From Patescibacteria group bacterium (GTDB taxonomy: Bacteria; Patescibacteriota; Microgenomatia; UBA10105; UBA927), in NCBI GenBank assembly GCA_041753515.1, contig JBGSUE010000056.1, positions 1 to 62,060 of the forward strand: a DNA stretch of 62,060 nt, written 5' to 3'. Below are positions 32,248 to 41,515 of this stretch, piece by piece. The translations under genes and the position numbers were made by a program. Position 1 is the first letter of the stretch. Each line of letters starts with the position of its first letter. The notes under the pieces are model-generated. The model was not told where the DNA came from. It made no database searches and saw only the letters and a list, made by a program, of their open reading frames with translations.

Positions 32248-32286
32248 AGATGTATTTTAGCATACTTAGCAGACTATTATTCTCCT

Positions 32287-32327
32287 TGGTGGCCAGCTTT
32301 TTATGATTTAGTAAAAACTGGCCACCA
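32287..32327. terminator. Long hairpin downstream of the small membrane gene
   Basis: TGGTGGCCAG(c)TTTTTA-tgatttag-TAAAAACTGGCCACCA. Confidence 0.55.
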
Positions 32328-32332
32328 GTCTT

Positions 32333-32572
32333 TCAGAACAAATTGTTCATATTGAGAATTAACATTATTACCCCGATTCCCATAAGAACAATTGCAGGGA
32401 TTCTTGTCAAAGGTACCTCGTTTTTGTAGATGAAATATATAATTGCCCCGAATGCAGTCAATATTCCACCACCTGTGAGCAGACTTATGGATCCATTTGC
32501 AATGAACATTACCGTTGCAAGTATTCCAAGAAGCCATTCAGGAAGAGCAGTTTTTTCAAATACATATTTCAT
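32333..32572 (-). CDS. Hypothetical small membrane protein (~3 TM)
   Basis: 79 aa, strongly hydrophobic, ATG start, downstream hairpin. Confidence 0.6.
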   Translation of the reverse strand: MKYVFEKTALPEWLLGILATVMFIANGSISLLTGGGILTAFGAIIYFIYKNEVPLTRIPAIVLMGIGVIMLILNMNNLF

Positions 32573-32760
32573 GTTTAACCTTTTACCTTAATTTATCTAT
32601 TTCATCCGCTTGATTAAAAATGTTTCAAGCAGTTTCTAGAGCCCCCGTCCATTTGTTCTGATTTTTGAATGTGCGAACCATCGCCGTTTCTGATAGTGAA
32701 GTATATCAAATTCCATATATTTGTCATTATGGGAGCTGTACAGTAGAATAGAGAAACGGT

Positions 32761-35364
32761 ATGAACGGAATGTTTATCGAACGGCAACGTAAAAGGTTTT
32801 TCGGGTCACGCAGGCGCACACTTGCCTCCCTTTCAGCTATTGTTACGGGTATTCTGATACTTTTTGCCACAGGAATTTTGGCAGTAGGAATCCTGTTTGC
32901 CTGGTATGCCAAGGATCTTCCCACACCCGATGCCGTGAAGCGGAAAGAAGGTCTGTCGACGGTAGTCTTGGACCGTAGCGGCACAACACTTTATGATATA
33001 TTTGAGGATGAAAACAGGATACCGGTGAAATGGGATGATATCCCCGAACACCTCAAAAACGCAACTATTGCAATTGAGGATAAATCATTTTACCAGCACC
33101 AGGGGCTGTCGCCGGCCGGTATTATGCGTGCAATGGTGAATATCGTGGTATTTCACAATTTTCAGGGAGGATCAACTCTTACCCAGCAACTTGTCAAAAA
33201 TGTTCTCCTGACCCAGGAGCGAACCTTGCCTCGTAAAATGAAGGAAGCAATTCTTGCGATTCAGATTGAACGGAAATATTCGAAAAATGAAATACTTCAG
33301 ATGTACTTAAACGAGGCTCCCTATGGCGGTACTGCAGTAGGCGTGGTATCGGCTTCCCAGTATTATTTTGGAAAGCCCGTGAAAGATGTAGGTCTGACAG
33401 AATCGGCTTTTCTTGCAGGGCTTCCGCAATCCCCTTCTCGGTATTCCCCATTTATGAATGATGAAAAACTGTATATCTGGAGAACAGGAGAAGTCTTGCG
33501 GCGGATGCGTGAGGACGGGTATATAACAGATACTCAGGAAAAAGAATCCATCGAAAAACTGGACAGTATAATATTTACGGATCGCTCCAGCGATTTGAAA
33601 GCTCCACATTTTGTCTCTTACATCAAGGATCTTCTTATTGAAAAGTTTGGGGAAAAACTCGTCGATGCCGGCGGACTCACAGTCACGACGACGCTTGATT
33701 GGAAACTGCAGAAAGAGGCACAGGAGATTGTAGCTGAGGAAATCGACAAAGCAAAAAATCTGGATGTGTCAAACGGATCGGCAGTTGTCATTGATCCTAA
33801 AAACGGTCAGATTCTTGCGATGGTCGGAAGCCGTGATTATTCTGCTACTGACGCAGGGGGACTCAAGTTTAATGTTGCAACGCAGGGGTTGCGTCAGCCC
33901 GGAAGTGCTTTAAAACCAATCACCTATGCTACAGCCCTCATGAAAGGGTACACCGCATCGACAGTGCTTATGGATGTGGATACGAAATATCCCTCCGGTG
34001 ACGTGACGCAGAAAGAATACAATCCTAAAAATTACGACGGTAAATTCCGCGGTCCCATGCAGATCCGGTATGCTCTTGCAAATTCGATTAACACTATCGC
34101 TGTCAAAGTCAGTGCACTGGTGGGTATCAAAGAAATATTACGCGTATGTTATGATATGGGTTTATCAACCCTTGAGCCGACCAAAGAGAATCTTTCACGG
34201 TTTGGACTTTCCCTGACCTTGGGCGGAGGCGAGATTAAACTTCTGGATCTGACGAGCGCGTACGGTGTGTTTGCAGCAGGTGGCATCCATACTAGTCCAG
34301 TCGCAATTTTGAAAGTGGAAAATGCGGACGGAAAAGTGCTTTTCGAGCATAAAGAAATTTCCGGTGAGCGTGTCATACCTGAAGATGTGACATTCATTAT
34401 TTCGGATATCCTTTCGGACAATCAGGCACGATCTCTTGTTTTTGGTCCCAGATCATATCTTACTATTCCAGGATATTCTGTTGCCGTTAAAACGGGAACA
34501 ACTGATGACAAACGGGATAACTGGACTGTTGGATATACGAAATCCGCAGTTGTTGGCGTATGGGTCGGCAATAATGACAATTCTCCCATGAATCCGAAGC
34601 TGGCCTCCGGCGTTACCGGTGCTTCCCCTATCTGGAACCGCATCATGAAAGTGCTATTAGACGGGAAAAAGGATGAGCCATTCATCAAGCCGGAATCTGT
34701 CTTGAAGCTTGAGATAGATGCATTTGGCGGCGGACTTCCTGTGGATGGGGAAGCGAAACGGGAAGAATATTTCATACAAGGGACGGAACCAACATCCGTA
34801 TCCCCCATGTACAGGGAATTTAAAATTTCCACTCACGACCCGAATAAACTTGCCAATCCGGTTGAAATTGCCCGGGGTGAATACAAGACGAAATTATATG
34901 TGGTCATCCATGAGGATGATCCGGTTTCTACAGACGGAAAAAATCGTTGGCAGGAACCGATAGATGCATTGGTTGGCGGACAGGGAGATGCCAAATATCA
35001 CCCGCCGGCTGACACGTATTCTGAAGGTGATACGATCCAGGCAAAAATTAAATCACCGGGTGACCGCGCACGTGTGGATACCAATGATGTCAATATCCGT
35101 GTGGAAGGCTATTCCACACATACGATCACTAAAATGGAATTGTATATCGACGGAAAAAAAGTCCGTGAGACGAATGATAAGAATATCGACGATACGTTCC
35201 GAATCGACAACGGACAGCACACAATCCGAGCGGTTGCGACGGACGATAAAGGCAATTCATCCGATAGTGAGGCGCACTTCGGTGTCAATGAGCCCTACGC
35301 CTCCCCCACACCTAAACCATCCGATACGCCTGTCCCATCAAACACTCCGGAGCCCACACCATAA
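32761..35364 (+). CDS. Class A penicillin-binding protein (PBP1A family) with C-terminal Ig-like domain and P/T-rich tail
   Basis: GT51 motifs EDKSFYQHQG, GGSTLTQQLVKN, RKMKE; transpeptidase SALK, SIN, KTGT. Confidence 0.93.
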   Translation: MNGMFIERQRKRFFGSRRRTLASLSAIVTGILILFATGILAVGILFAWYAKDLPTPDAVKRKEGLSTVVLDRSGTTLYDIFEDENRIPVKWDDIPEHLKNATIAIEDKSFYQHQGLSPAGIMRAMVNIVVFHNFQGGSTLTQQLVKNVLLTQERTLPRKMKEAILAIQIERKYSKNEILQMYLNEAPYGGTAVGVVSASQYYFGKPVKDVGLTESAFLAGLPQSPSRYSPFMNDEKLYIWRTGEVLRRMREDGYITDTQEKESIEKLDSIIFTDRSSDLKAPHFVSYIKDLLIEKFGEKLVDAGGLTVTTTLDWKLQKEAQEIVAEEIDKAKNLDVSNGSAVVIDPKNGQILAMVGSRDYSATDAGGLKFNVATQGLRQPGSALKPITYATALMKGYTASTVLMDVDTKYPSGDVTQKEYNPKNYDGKFRGPMQIRYALANSINTIAVKVSALVGIKEILRVCYDMGLSTLEPTKENLSRFGLSLTLGGGEIKLLDLTSAYGVFAAGGIHTSPVAILKVENADGKVLFEHKEISGERVIPEDVTFIISDILSDNQARSLVFGPRSYLTIPGYSVAVKTGTTDDKRDNWTVGYTKSAVVGVWVGNNDNSPMNPKLASGVTGASPIWNRIMKVLLDGKKDEPFIKPESVLKLEIDAFGGGLPVDGEAKREEYFIQGTEPTSVSPMYREFKISTHDPNKLANPVEIARGEYKTKLYVVIHEDDPVSTDGKNRWQEPIDALVGGQGDAKYHPPADTYSEGDTIQAKIKSPGDRARVDTNDVNIRVEGYSTHTITKMELYIDGKKVRETNDKNIDDTFRIDNGQHTIRAVATDDKGNSSDSEAHFGVNEPYASPTPKPSDTPVPSNTPEPTP

Positions 35365-35369
35365 GATTT

Positions 35370-37256
35370 TTACACGTTTTTAAGTGTCACTGAGAATTTT
35401 TCTCGTACGGCATCCAGGATTTTTTGTCGTACTTTACGGATTACATCGTCTGAGAGGTTTTTTGTCGTGTCCAGATACTCTATGCGGATTGTACGAAAAT
35501 TTTGGTAGGCATCGAGAAATGTTACGCGGTAAATCAGCGGATGGAGTGTCTTGACCGTGTCCATGAGGGGGCCGATCCTGAAATCTCCGGTAACTTCAAA
35601 CGATAAGTCCTCAATAGCCGGCGGATACTTCGGGATCGGGGTGTAAGCTTTCCGGGGTTGGGCCAATTCAACCATTTTGGCAAAATCCAGATATAAAACA
35701 GTAATATCTGAGGACACCTCTAGGGTTCCGAAGTCGGGCAGATTATACTTTATTCCAAAAAGATCAAATAGCGCCTCGGCCAAACCTTTTGCTTCCAAAA
35801 ATCGATTACCTGACCATACAACAATAAGGTGAAGAGTTTCCTTGGGCAGATCATTGTGTTTATGCACATAGACATGTGACAGTTCAAATACTTTGAGATC
35901 CTTGGTATTTTTCAGATTTTCATGCACGACCGGCAAAACGGACTGTTTGAGAGAGGTCCGCATATACACCCAGTCTGATGATAATGGATTTAAAATTTTA
36001 TACGCGGATCCTTCATTCTGAGCAATCATTGAATACGTAAGCAGTTCGGTGTATCCCCAATCACGCAGCCTGATTTTGATGTTTTCTTCCCACATGAGCA
36101 TCGGATCGATGGGGGTATTGGGCGGTGCACTTGCTGGAAGTGCTGATTGTATAGTGTGGTACCCGTAGATTCTGGCAATTTCTTCGATGATGTCCACATC
36201 GATCGCCACATCATCCCTCCAGCTTGGTACACGAACTTCAACACGCTCCTCTCTCATGCGTACTGTGAATCCAAGAGATTCAAGAGGTGTGGTGATGTCC
36301 GTATCTTTTATTGGCCCAATATACGCCAGTATTTTGTTTTTGGATACGACGACGGTACGCGTCTTTTTGCGTTCCGGATAGATATCCGTTACCGGTCCTG
36401 CAACCCGGCCGCCTGCGGCGCTGCCCATCATTCTCATGCCGATTGAAAATACAGGAAGTACCAGCTCTGTATCCAATCCTTTCTCAAATAATGTTGCGGC
36501 TTCAGTTCGCTGAGCGAGCGCCATTGACGTACGTCTGATACTTACGGGGTTATATGTCTGTAAAAAAAGAATGACACGTTTTGAATTGTTGGTGACGGAT
36601 GAATTTTCCCCACCCATAATGCCGCAGAGATCAATGAGAGTTCCGGTTTTGTCTTCAATAACAATATCGCCCCCCGGAAGTGTGTGTTTCTTTCCGTCAA
36701 GTGTTGTCAATATTTCCCCCTTTTTTGATGCCCGCAAGGTCATCGTGTGACCTGAAATTTTATCGTAATCGAAAACATGTGCCGGCTGGCCGTATGCGTG
36801 CATGAGATAGTTCGTGATATCAACAACATTGCTGATTGTGCGCAGTCCCGATAGTTCGAGATATTTCTGGATTTTTTTGTCCGATGGGCCAACTTTTACA
36901 CCGTCAAATACGACGGATGTCCAGCGCGGGTTAAGGGTGGGATCTGTTTTAAGGAAAAGCGGTAAAGTATCCGGAATGTTGGGAAATATTGGTTTTAGAA
37001 TATACGGATCATTGATAAACTGAGCTTTAAAACCGAACCGGGGTAAGATTGCGACGGATTCACGGGCAATGCCCGAAACGGACATGGCATCCGGCCTGTT
37101 TCCCGTGATCTCGATATCATAAACTGTAGTATTCCCTTTGCCATGAACGCGTTCAATGGACGGGCCGCATAAAGATAGACACCGGGCAATATCAGATGGT
37201 TTGGCATCTGTTTTCAAAAATTCACGAAGCCACATGTCAGGTATTAAGATGTTCAT
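35370..37256 (-). CDS. pheT: Phenylalanine--tRNA ligase beta subunit (lacks B2 tRNA-binding OB domain)
   Basis: IEITGNRPDAMS..GIARE, VDITNY, PSWRDD...DIIEEIARIYGY, C-terminal FDX-ACB. Confidence 0.92.
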   Translation of the reverse strand: MNILIPDMWLREFLKTDAKPSDIARCLSLCGPSIERVHGKGNTTVYDIEITGNRPDAMSVSGIARESVAILPRFGFKAQFINDPYILKPIFPNIPDTLPLFLKTDPTLNPRWTSVVFDGVKVGPSDKKIQKYLELSGLRTISNVVDITNYLMHAYGQPAHVFDYDKISGHTMTLRASKKGEILTTLDGKKHTLPGGDIVIEDKTGTLIDLCGIMGGENSSVTNNSKRVILFLQTYNPVSIRRTSMALAQRTEAATLFEKGLDTELVLPVFSIGMRMMGSAAGGRVAGPVTDIYPERKKTRTVVVSKNKILAYIGPIKDTDITTPLESLGFTVRMREERVEVRVPSWRDDVAIDVDIIEEIARIYGYHTIQSALPASAPPNTPIDPMLMWEENIKIRLRDWGYTELLTYSMIAQNEGSAYKILNPLSSDWVYMRTSLKQSVLPVVHENLKNTKDLKVFELSHVYVHKHNDLPKETLHLIVVWSGNRFLEAKGLAEALFDLFGIKYNLPDFGTLEVSSDITVLYLDFAKMVELAQPRKAYTPIPKYPPAIEDLSFEVTGDFRIGPLMDTVKTLHPLIYRVTFLDAYQNFRTIRIEYLDTTKNLSDDVIRKVRQKILDAVREKFSVTLKNV

Positions 37257-37264
37257 ATTAGTAT

Positions 37265-37328
37265 GTCATCCCGAATTTATTTCGGGATCTATTTCTTTAA
37301 CGAGATGCCGAAACGAGTTCGGCATGAC
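37265..37328. repeat. Family B REP-like doublet, empty copy, between pheS and pheT
   Basis: GTCATCCCGAATTTATTTCGGGATC, 14-nt spacer, then GATGCCGAAACGAGTTCGGCATGAC. Confidence 0.88.
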
Positions 37329-37333
37329 GCGGG

Positions 37334-38404
37334 TTAAAACTGTTCCAAAAAGCGTACATCATTACTATAGAGCAATCGGACATCATCAAGACTCGTGCCG
37401 GATTTCATCATATACGTCCGTTCTATTCCCCAACCGAAAGCAAACCCCGAATAAATTTCGGGGTCAATACCGCCTGCTTTCAAGACATTCGGATGAACCA
37501 TACCGGCTCCTCCCAATTCCAGCCAGCCATCTTTACAGAGACGGCAGCCGCCACCGGCACACGCTCCGCAGGATACGTCGATTTCGAAAGATGGTTCAGT
37601 AAATTGGAAGTGAAACGGACGGATGCGGGATATCCGACCAGGACCGTAGAAATGCGTGAAAAAAAAATCCATAACACCTTTGAGGTGTGCGATTGAGACG
37701 TTTTTATCCACATAGAGTCCCTCAAACTGGTGAAACATCGGGGTATGGGATACATCAATCTGTCTCCTGTAGCATTTGGCAATATTGATCATGCGGATCG
37801 GCAGTTTTCTCTTCTCCATCTCCCTCACCTGGCCGTTACTCGTATGCGGCGTTAAAACCATTTTATCGAATTTCGCATGCTTTGTATTTTTTTGGGATTT
37901 GGAATTTGGAACTTGGGATTTTATAAAAAATGTCTCCCATTCATCTCTTGCCGGGTGATGTAGCGGCATGTTGAGTGACTCAAATGCATACCAGTCCCAA
38001 TCAACTTCAGGGTGCCTCACTCGAATAAATCCGATGCGTTCAAATATCCGGGTAATTTCCATTATAGCTTGGGACACAATATGCAGATGTCCCACAGGCG
38101 GACGGATACCGGGCATTGTGGGATCAAAAGTATTTCGCGATTGGACTGGTTCTGTATTTTTTTTTGAAAGTTCGGATTCAATTGATGTTTTGACTTGATT
38201 GACGACAAGGCCAACACGACTCCGATCTTCTTTTGGTAATTTAGATAGCGCTCTCGTCAGTTCACTCAGTTTGCTTTTGGAGCCCAGCACCTTGAGCTTG
38301 ATCATTTCTGACGGTTCTGTCGATGTACGTATTTCTTCACGCGTGATCTGTTCGTATTCGATGAGTAAACTTATAAGATTGGCGGAAGATACATTTTCGA
38401 TCAT
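37334..38404 (-). CDS. pheS: Phenylalanine--tRNA ligase alpha subunit
   Basis: HPAR, PHTSNGQ, HTPMFHQFEG, FQFTEPS, GAGMVHP, GFAFGWGIER; ATG 38404 (TATAAT 7 nt upstream) or 38413. Confidence 0.95.
   Translation of the reverse strand: MIENVSSANLISLLIEYEQITREEIRTSTEPSEMIKLKVLGSKSKLSELTRALSKLPKEDRSRVGLVVNQVKTSIESELSKKNTEPVQSRNTFDPTMPGIRPPVGHLHIVSQAIMEITRIFERIGFIRVRHPEVDWDWYAFESLNMPLHHPARDEWETFFIKSQVPNSKSQKNTKHAKFDKMVLTPHTSNGQVREMEKRKLPIRMINIAKCYRRQIDVSHTPMFHQFEGLYVDKNVSIAHLKGVMDFFFTHFYGPGRISRIRPFHFQFTEPSFEIDVSCGACAGGGCRLCKDGWLELGGAGMVHPNVLKAGGIDPEIYSGFAFGWGIERTYMMKSGTSLDDVRLLYSNDVRFLEQF
37892..37919 (-). repeat. Heptamer tandem repeat inside pheS
   Basis: ttgggat ttggaat ttggaac ttgggat on the + strand; encodes SQVPNSKSQ. 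Confidence 0.7.
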
Positions 38405-38421
38405 AGTATTCATTATACAGC

Positions 38422-38493
38422 AAAAAAAACCCCCTTCTCAAAGGGGTATGTATATCTACTCTTAAATACCCCTTTCTAAGCAGGGGTTTTAAA
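38422..38493 (-). terminator. Intrinsic terminator with competing upstream helices between rplT and pheS
   Basis: ACCCCTTT-GAG-AAGGGGGT followed by a U-tract; alternative 10-bp helix AAAGGGGTAT/ATACCCCTTT. Confidence 0.65.
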
Positions 38494-38835
38494 TGACTGT
38501 GTTTTCTCAATAATTTTTTTAAATGCAGCCGGATGGGAGATGATAAGGTGCGACATGATTTTTCGGTCAATCTCAATATGCGCGTCTTTGAGTTTTTTTA
38601 CGAATGTGCTGTAGTTCATATTTTCCAGTTTTACAGCTTCGGATATACGGGTTATCCACGCGCGTCGGAAATCGCGTTTTTTGCGCCGTCTGCCGGCAAA
38701 TGCGTATTCTCCGGCGTGAAGGAATGCTTCGCGTGCCGGTTGGATGAGCCGCCGCTTCGTCATCCGGTATCCTTTGTTCGCACGAAGGAGTTTGTGGTGT
38801 TTTTTTCTGCTGGTTAATCCGCGTTTCACTCTCAT
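38476..38835 (-). CDS. rplT: 50S ribosomal protein L20
   Basis: MRVKRG, KGY, YAFAGRRRKKRDFRRAWITRI, IDRK. Confidence 0.96.
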   Translation of the reverse strand: MRVKRGLTSRKKHHKLLRANKGYRMTKRRLIQPAREAFLHAGEYAFAGRRRKKRDFRRAWITRISEAVKLENMNYSTFVKKLKDAHIEIDRKIMSHLIISHPAAFKKIIEKTQSFKTPA

Positions 38836-38838
38836 ATG

Positions 38839-39036
38839 TTATTCAAGACCCAAAAGACGCTTGATCGTCCGTGTTTGCCTTTGGGATGAGACTGTTTTTT
38901 CTTTATCCTGCCTTCTTTGTCGGCTTTTTGATTTTTTGCGTCGTAAATGGCGTTTGCCCTGTGCACGATGAAGCACCTTTCCTGATTTTGTTACTTTAAA
39001 CCGCTTTGCCGCAATTTTTTTAGTTTTTGCTTTCAT
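38839..39036 (-). CDS. rpmI: 50S ribosomal protein L35
   Basis: MKAKTKKIAAKRFKVTKSGK...H; infC-rpmI-rplT synteny. Confidence 0.95.
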   Translation of the reverse strand: MKAKTKKIAAKRFKVTKSGKVLHRAQGKRHLRRKKSKSRQRRQDKEKTVSSQRQTRTIKRLLGLE

Positions 39037-39542
39037 TTTGTTTGTATGACCGTTGCAGAGAGAACTTTTCCTTCCCAATGCGCTTCCCTCACAACTTTAA
39101 TCTGCTCCAGTCTGTTTAAAAATTTGCTCAGTACTTGTGAACCGAATTCCTTTTTTGTCAGTTCCCTTCCTTTTAATACTACATTGATTTTTACCTGATT
39201 TCCGCCATTCAACCAATCAATCGTTTGTTTCCTTCTTGTTTCCAGATCATGGTCTCCGATAAATGGCCGTAAACGTACCTCCTTGAGAGTTACGTTTTTT
39301 GTATTCTTTTTATTGTCCCGCTCTTTTTTGGCCTCCTGATACTTAAATTTTTTATAGTCGATAAGTTTTGCTACAGGCGGCTGGGCTTTCGGTCCGATTT
39401 CCACAACATCAAGTTCAAATTCCCGTGCTTTCTGCAGTGCTTCAATTTTGGATACTATACCGACCTGTTTGCCCGATTCGTCAAGCAACCGCACTGTCGG
39501 ACTGGTGATCTGGTAATTGACCCTGTAGTGTTTGCTCAGCAT
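39033..39542 (-). CDS. infC: Translation initiation factor IF-3
   Basis: VRLLDESG, LDVVEI..AQPPVAKLIDYKKFKY, KEVRLRP.I..HD. Confidence 0.95.
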   Translation of the reverse strand: MLSKHYRVNYQITSPTVRLLDESGKQVGIVSKIEALQKAREFELDVVEIGPKAQPPVAKLIDYKKFKYQEAKKERDNKKNTKNVTLKEVRLRPFIGDHDLETRRKQTIDWLNGGNQVKINVVLKGRELTKKEFGSQVLSKFLNRLEQIKVVREAHWEGKVLSATVIQTK

Positions 39543-39588
39543 CTTTAATAATTGATATTATACTATTGCCCCGGTCTTCCTGTAAAGA

Positions 39589-41337
39589 TTAGGTTTTTTT
39601 AGCAATCGTATCCATTATAAATGTTAAAAACTCATCGGTTTTCATGTTCTGTGTTTTGCCGTCCCTTGAACGGATGCTCAGCGTTCCCGATTCTACTTCC
39701 TTATCACCGATAATGATCATATAAGGTATTTTTTCATGCTGGGCATCGCGGATTTTGGCCGGCAAGGTTTCACTTCTCAAATCCACCTCACTTCGTATTC
39801 CTGCCTGAATATAGCCGGCATGCAATTGTAGTACATATGCATGGTGTCTGTCGGCAATCGGCAGAATTTTCACCTGGACAGGTGAAAGCCATACCGGAAA
39901 AACCCCTTTATATTTCTCAATGAGAAATGCCATAGTCCGTTCAAATGCGCCTATTGATGACCGGTGAATGACAATTGGCTCCTGTTCTTCTCCTTTTTCG
40001 TTCGTATACGTAAGATGGAATCTTTTCGGCATGACAAAATCATACTGGTCGGTGAATGCCGTTTCTTCGTGTCCCAGCGCATTTTTTACCTGGATATCGA
40101 TTTTTGGTCCATAAAATGCCGCTTCATTTTCTGCTTCATAATACGGAGCATCGCGGTCGATGAGTACCTGTCTGAGTACTTTTTCGGCATGATCCCAGGA
40201 CGCATCATCTTTAAAATACTTTTTCGTATCCGCGCGGTCTCCAAGCGACAGTCTGTACCGATAATCTATTCCCTTTTTCATCCCGAGTGTGTCGTTGATG
40301 AATTCGATAAGATCCAGTACCCTGTTTATTTCTTCGACCGCCTGATGTTTCATGCAGATGATGTGCGCATCTGCCAGGCAGAACATCCGAACCCGCATAA
40401 GCCCCGTCAGTTCTCCGCTTTTTTCATAGCGGAACAGGTCGGCACACTCAGCATACCGGATAGGCAGTTCGCGGTATGAGTGAGGTCGGGATGCATAGAG
40501 CTGGAAATGGTGCGGGCATGTCATTGGCCGCAGAATGAGCTCTTCTTCATCAACGTTCATCGGCGGATACATTGTGTCTTTGTAGTATGGATAGTGTCCG
40601 CTGGTCCTATAGAGATCCACTTTGGCTAGAGGTGGCGTCATGACATGCTCATACCCGCGTTTTATTTCCTCATCCACGACAAACCGTTCCAGTTCCCGCC
40701 GTATGGCAGTTCCTTTAGCTGTGAGCATTGGAAGTCCTTTTCCCACAAGATCCGTGAATACAAATAACCCCAGATCGCGGCCCAGTGTCCGGTGGTCGTT
40801 GGTTTTTGCTTCTTCACGTCTTGTCAGATACTCTTCGAGTTCATTTTTTGTGGGAAAACAGGTGCCGTAAATGCGTGTAAGCATTTTATTTTTTTCATTC
40901 CCCCGCCAGTATGCACCCGCGACTGATAATAGTTTGAAGTGTTTCAGATCTTTGGCTGGATTCTCTGTATGGCCTCCGCGGCACAAATCGCTAAACAGTC
41001 CTGCCGTATACAGCGTGAGCCCGTCATTGGCATATTCTTCAATGAGCTCTCTTTTATACGGATTATCTTTATATAATTCCAGTGCTTCACCTTTGGAAAG
41101 TTCCCTGCGTTCAAACGATTTCCAGTTTTTAACAAGATCATGCATCGTTTTTTCAATTTTTTCAAAATCAGCATCGGAAATTTTTACATTCCCGAAATCG
41201 AAATCGTAATAAAACCCGTCTTCGATTGCAGGCCCTATTGCCGGTTTTGCTTCCGGCCAAAGCTTTAAAACCGCTGCCGCCAACAGATGCGCACACGAAT
41301 GCCGCATATTGCTTAAGTATTCTTCATTTTTATCCAT
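39589..41337 (-). CDS. thrS: Threonine--tRNA ligase (no N-terminal TGS domain)
   Basis: RHSCAHLLA, DLCRGGH, GAYWRG, DHR, RPMTCPHH, AAFYGPKID, IHR; GAGGAG SD. Confidence 0.96.
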   Translation of the reverse strand: MDKNEEYLSNMRHSCAHLLAAAVLKLWPEAKPAIGPAIEDGFYYDFDFGNVKISDADFEKIEKTMHDLVKNWKSFERRELSKGEALELYKDNPYKRELIEEYANDGLTLYTAGLFSDLCRGGHTENPAKDLKHFKLLSVAGAYWRGNEKNKMLTRIYGTCFPTKNELEEYLTRREEAKTNDHRTLGRDLGLFVFTDLVGKGLPMLTAKGTAIRRELERFVVDEEIKRGYEHVMTPPLAKVDLYRTSGHYPYYKDTMYPPMNVDEEELILRPMTCPHHFQLYASRPHSYRELPIRYAECADLFRYEKSGELTGLMRVRMFCLADAHIICMKHQAVEEINRVLDLIEFINDTLGMKKGIDYRYRLSLGDRADTKKYFKDDASWDHAEKVLRQVLIDRDAPYYEAENEAAFYGPKIDIQVKNALGHEETAFTDQYDFVMPKRFHLTYTNEKGEEQEPIVIHRSSIGAFERTMAFLIEKYKGVFPVWLSPVQVKILPIADRHHAYVLQLHAGYIQAGIRSEVDLRSETLPAKIRDAQHEKIPYMIIIGDKEVESGTLSIRSRDGKTQNMKTDEFLTFIMDTIAKKT

Positions 41338-41339
41338 AT

Positions 41340-41480
41340 ATCCTCCTCATAAAAAAGAGCCACTTCTGTTGGATCGCCCACTGGGCGAGGTTCCATCCAA
41401 CTTTTGTGACTTAATTTTTCTTTTTTCGCCAAGATCGCGCTTTCCTTTGAGATTGGTGAAGTCTCATGCTATCGGAAAGT
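41340..41480 (-). ncRNA. Compact T-box riboswitch leader (Thr)
   Basis: Antiterminator GTTGGA-TGGAACC-TCGCCC-AGT-GGGCGA-TCCAAC (41401-41368) with the UGGNACC bulge; short 5' hairpin with ACC in its loop (41479-41440); upstream of thrS. Confidence 0.8.
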
Positions 41481-41486
41481 ACTAAC

Positions 41487-41515
41487 AGTATATGACATCA
41501 TGATGATTTTGTCGA
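41487..41515 (-). promoter_or_regulatory. sigma70 promoter of the thrS leader
   Basis: TCGACA-17 bp-TATACT; predicted TSS near 41480. Confidence 0.65.

Noticed and set aside
32248-32330. T-box upstream of tyrS
   Set aside because: No UGGNACC antiterminator is present; tyrS looks leaderless and the nearby hairpin fits a terminator.
32597-32716. ORF MEFDIL...GL*KLLE... suggesting TAG readthrough or recoding
   Set aside because: Too short and with no recognisable family; TAG and TGA act as normal stops in conserved genes (xer, gyrB, rplT, infC), so there is no evidence for an alternative code.
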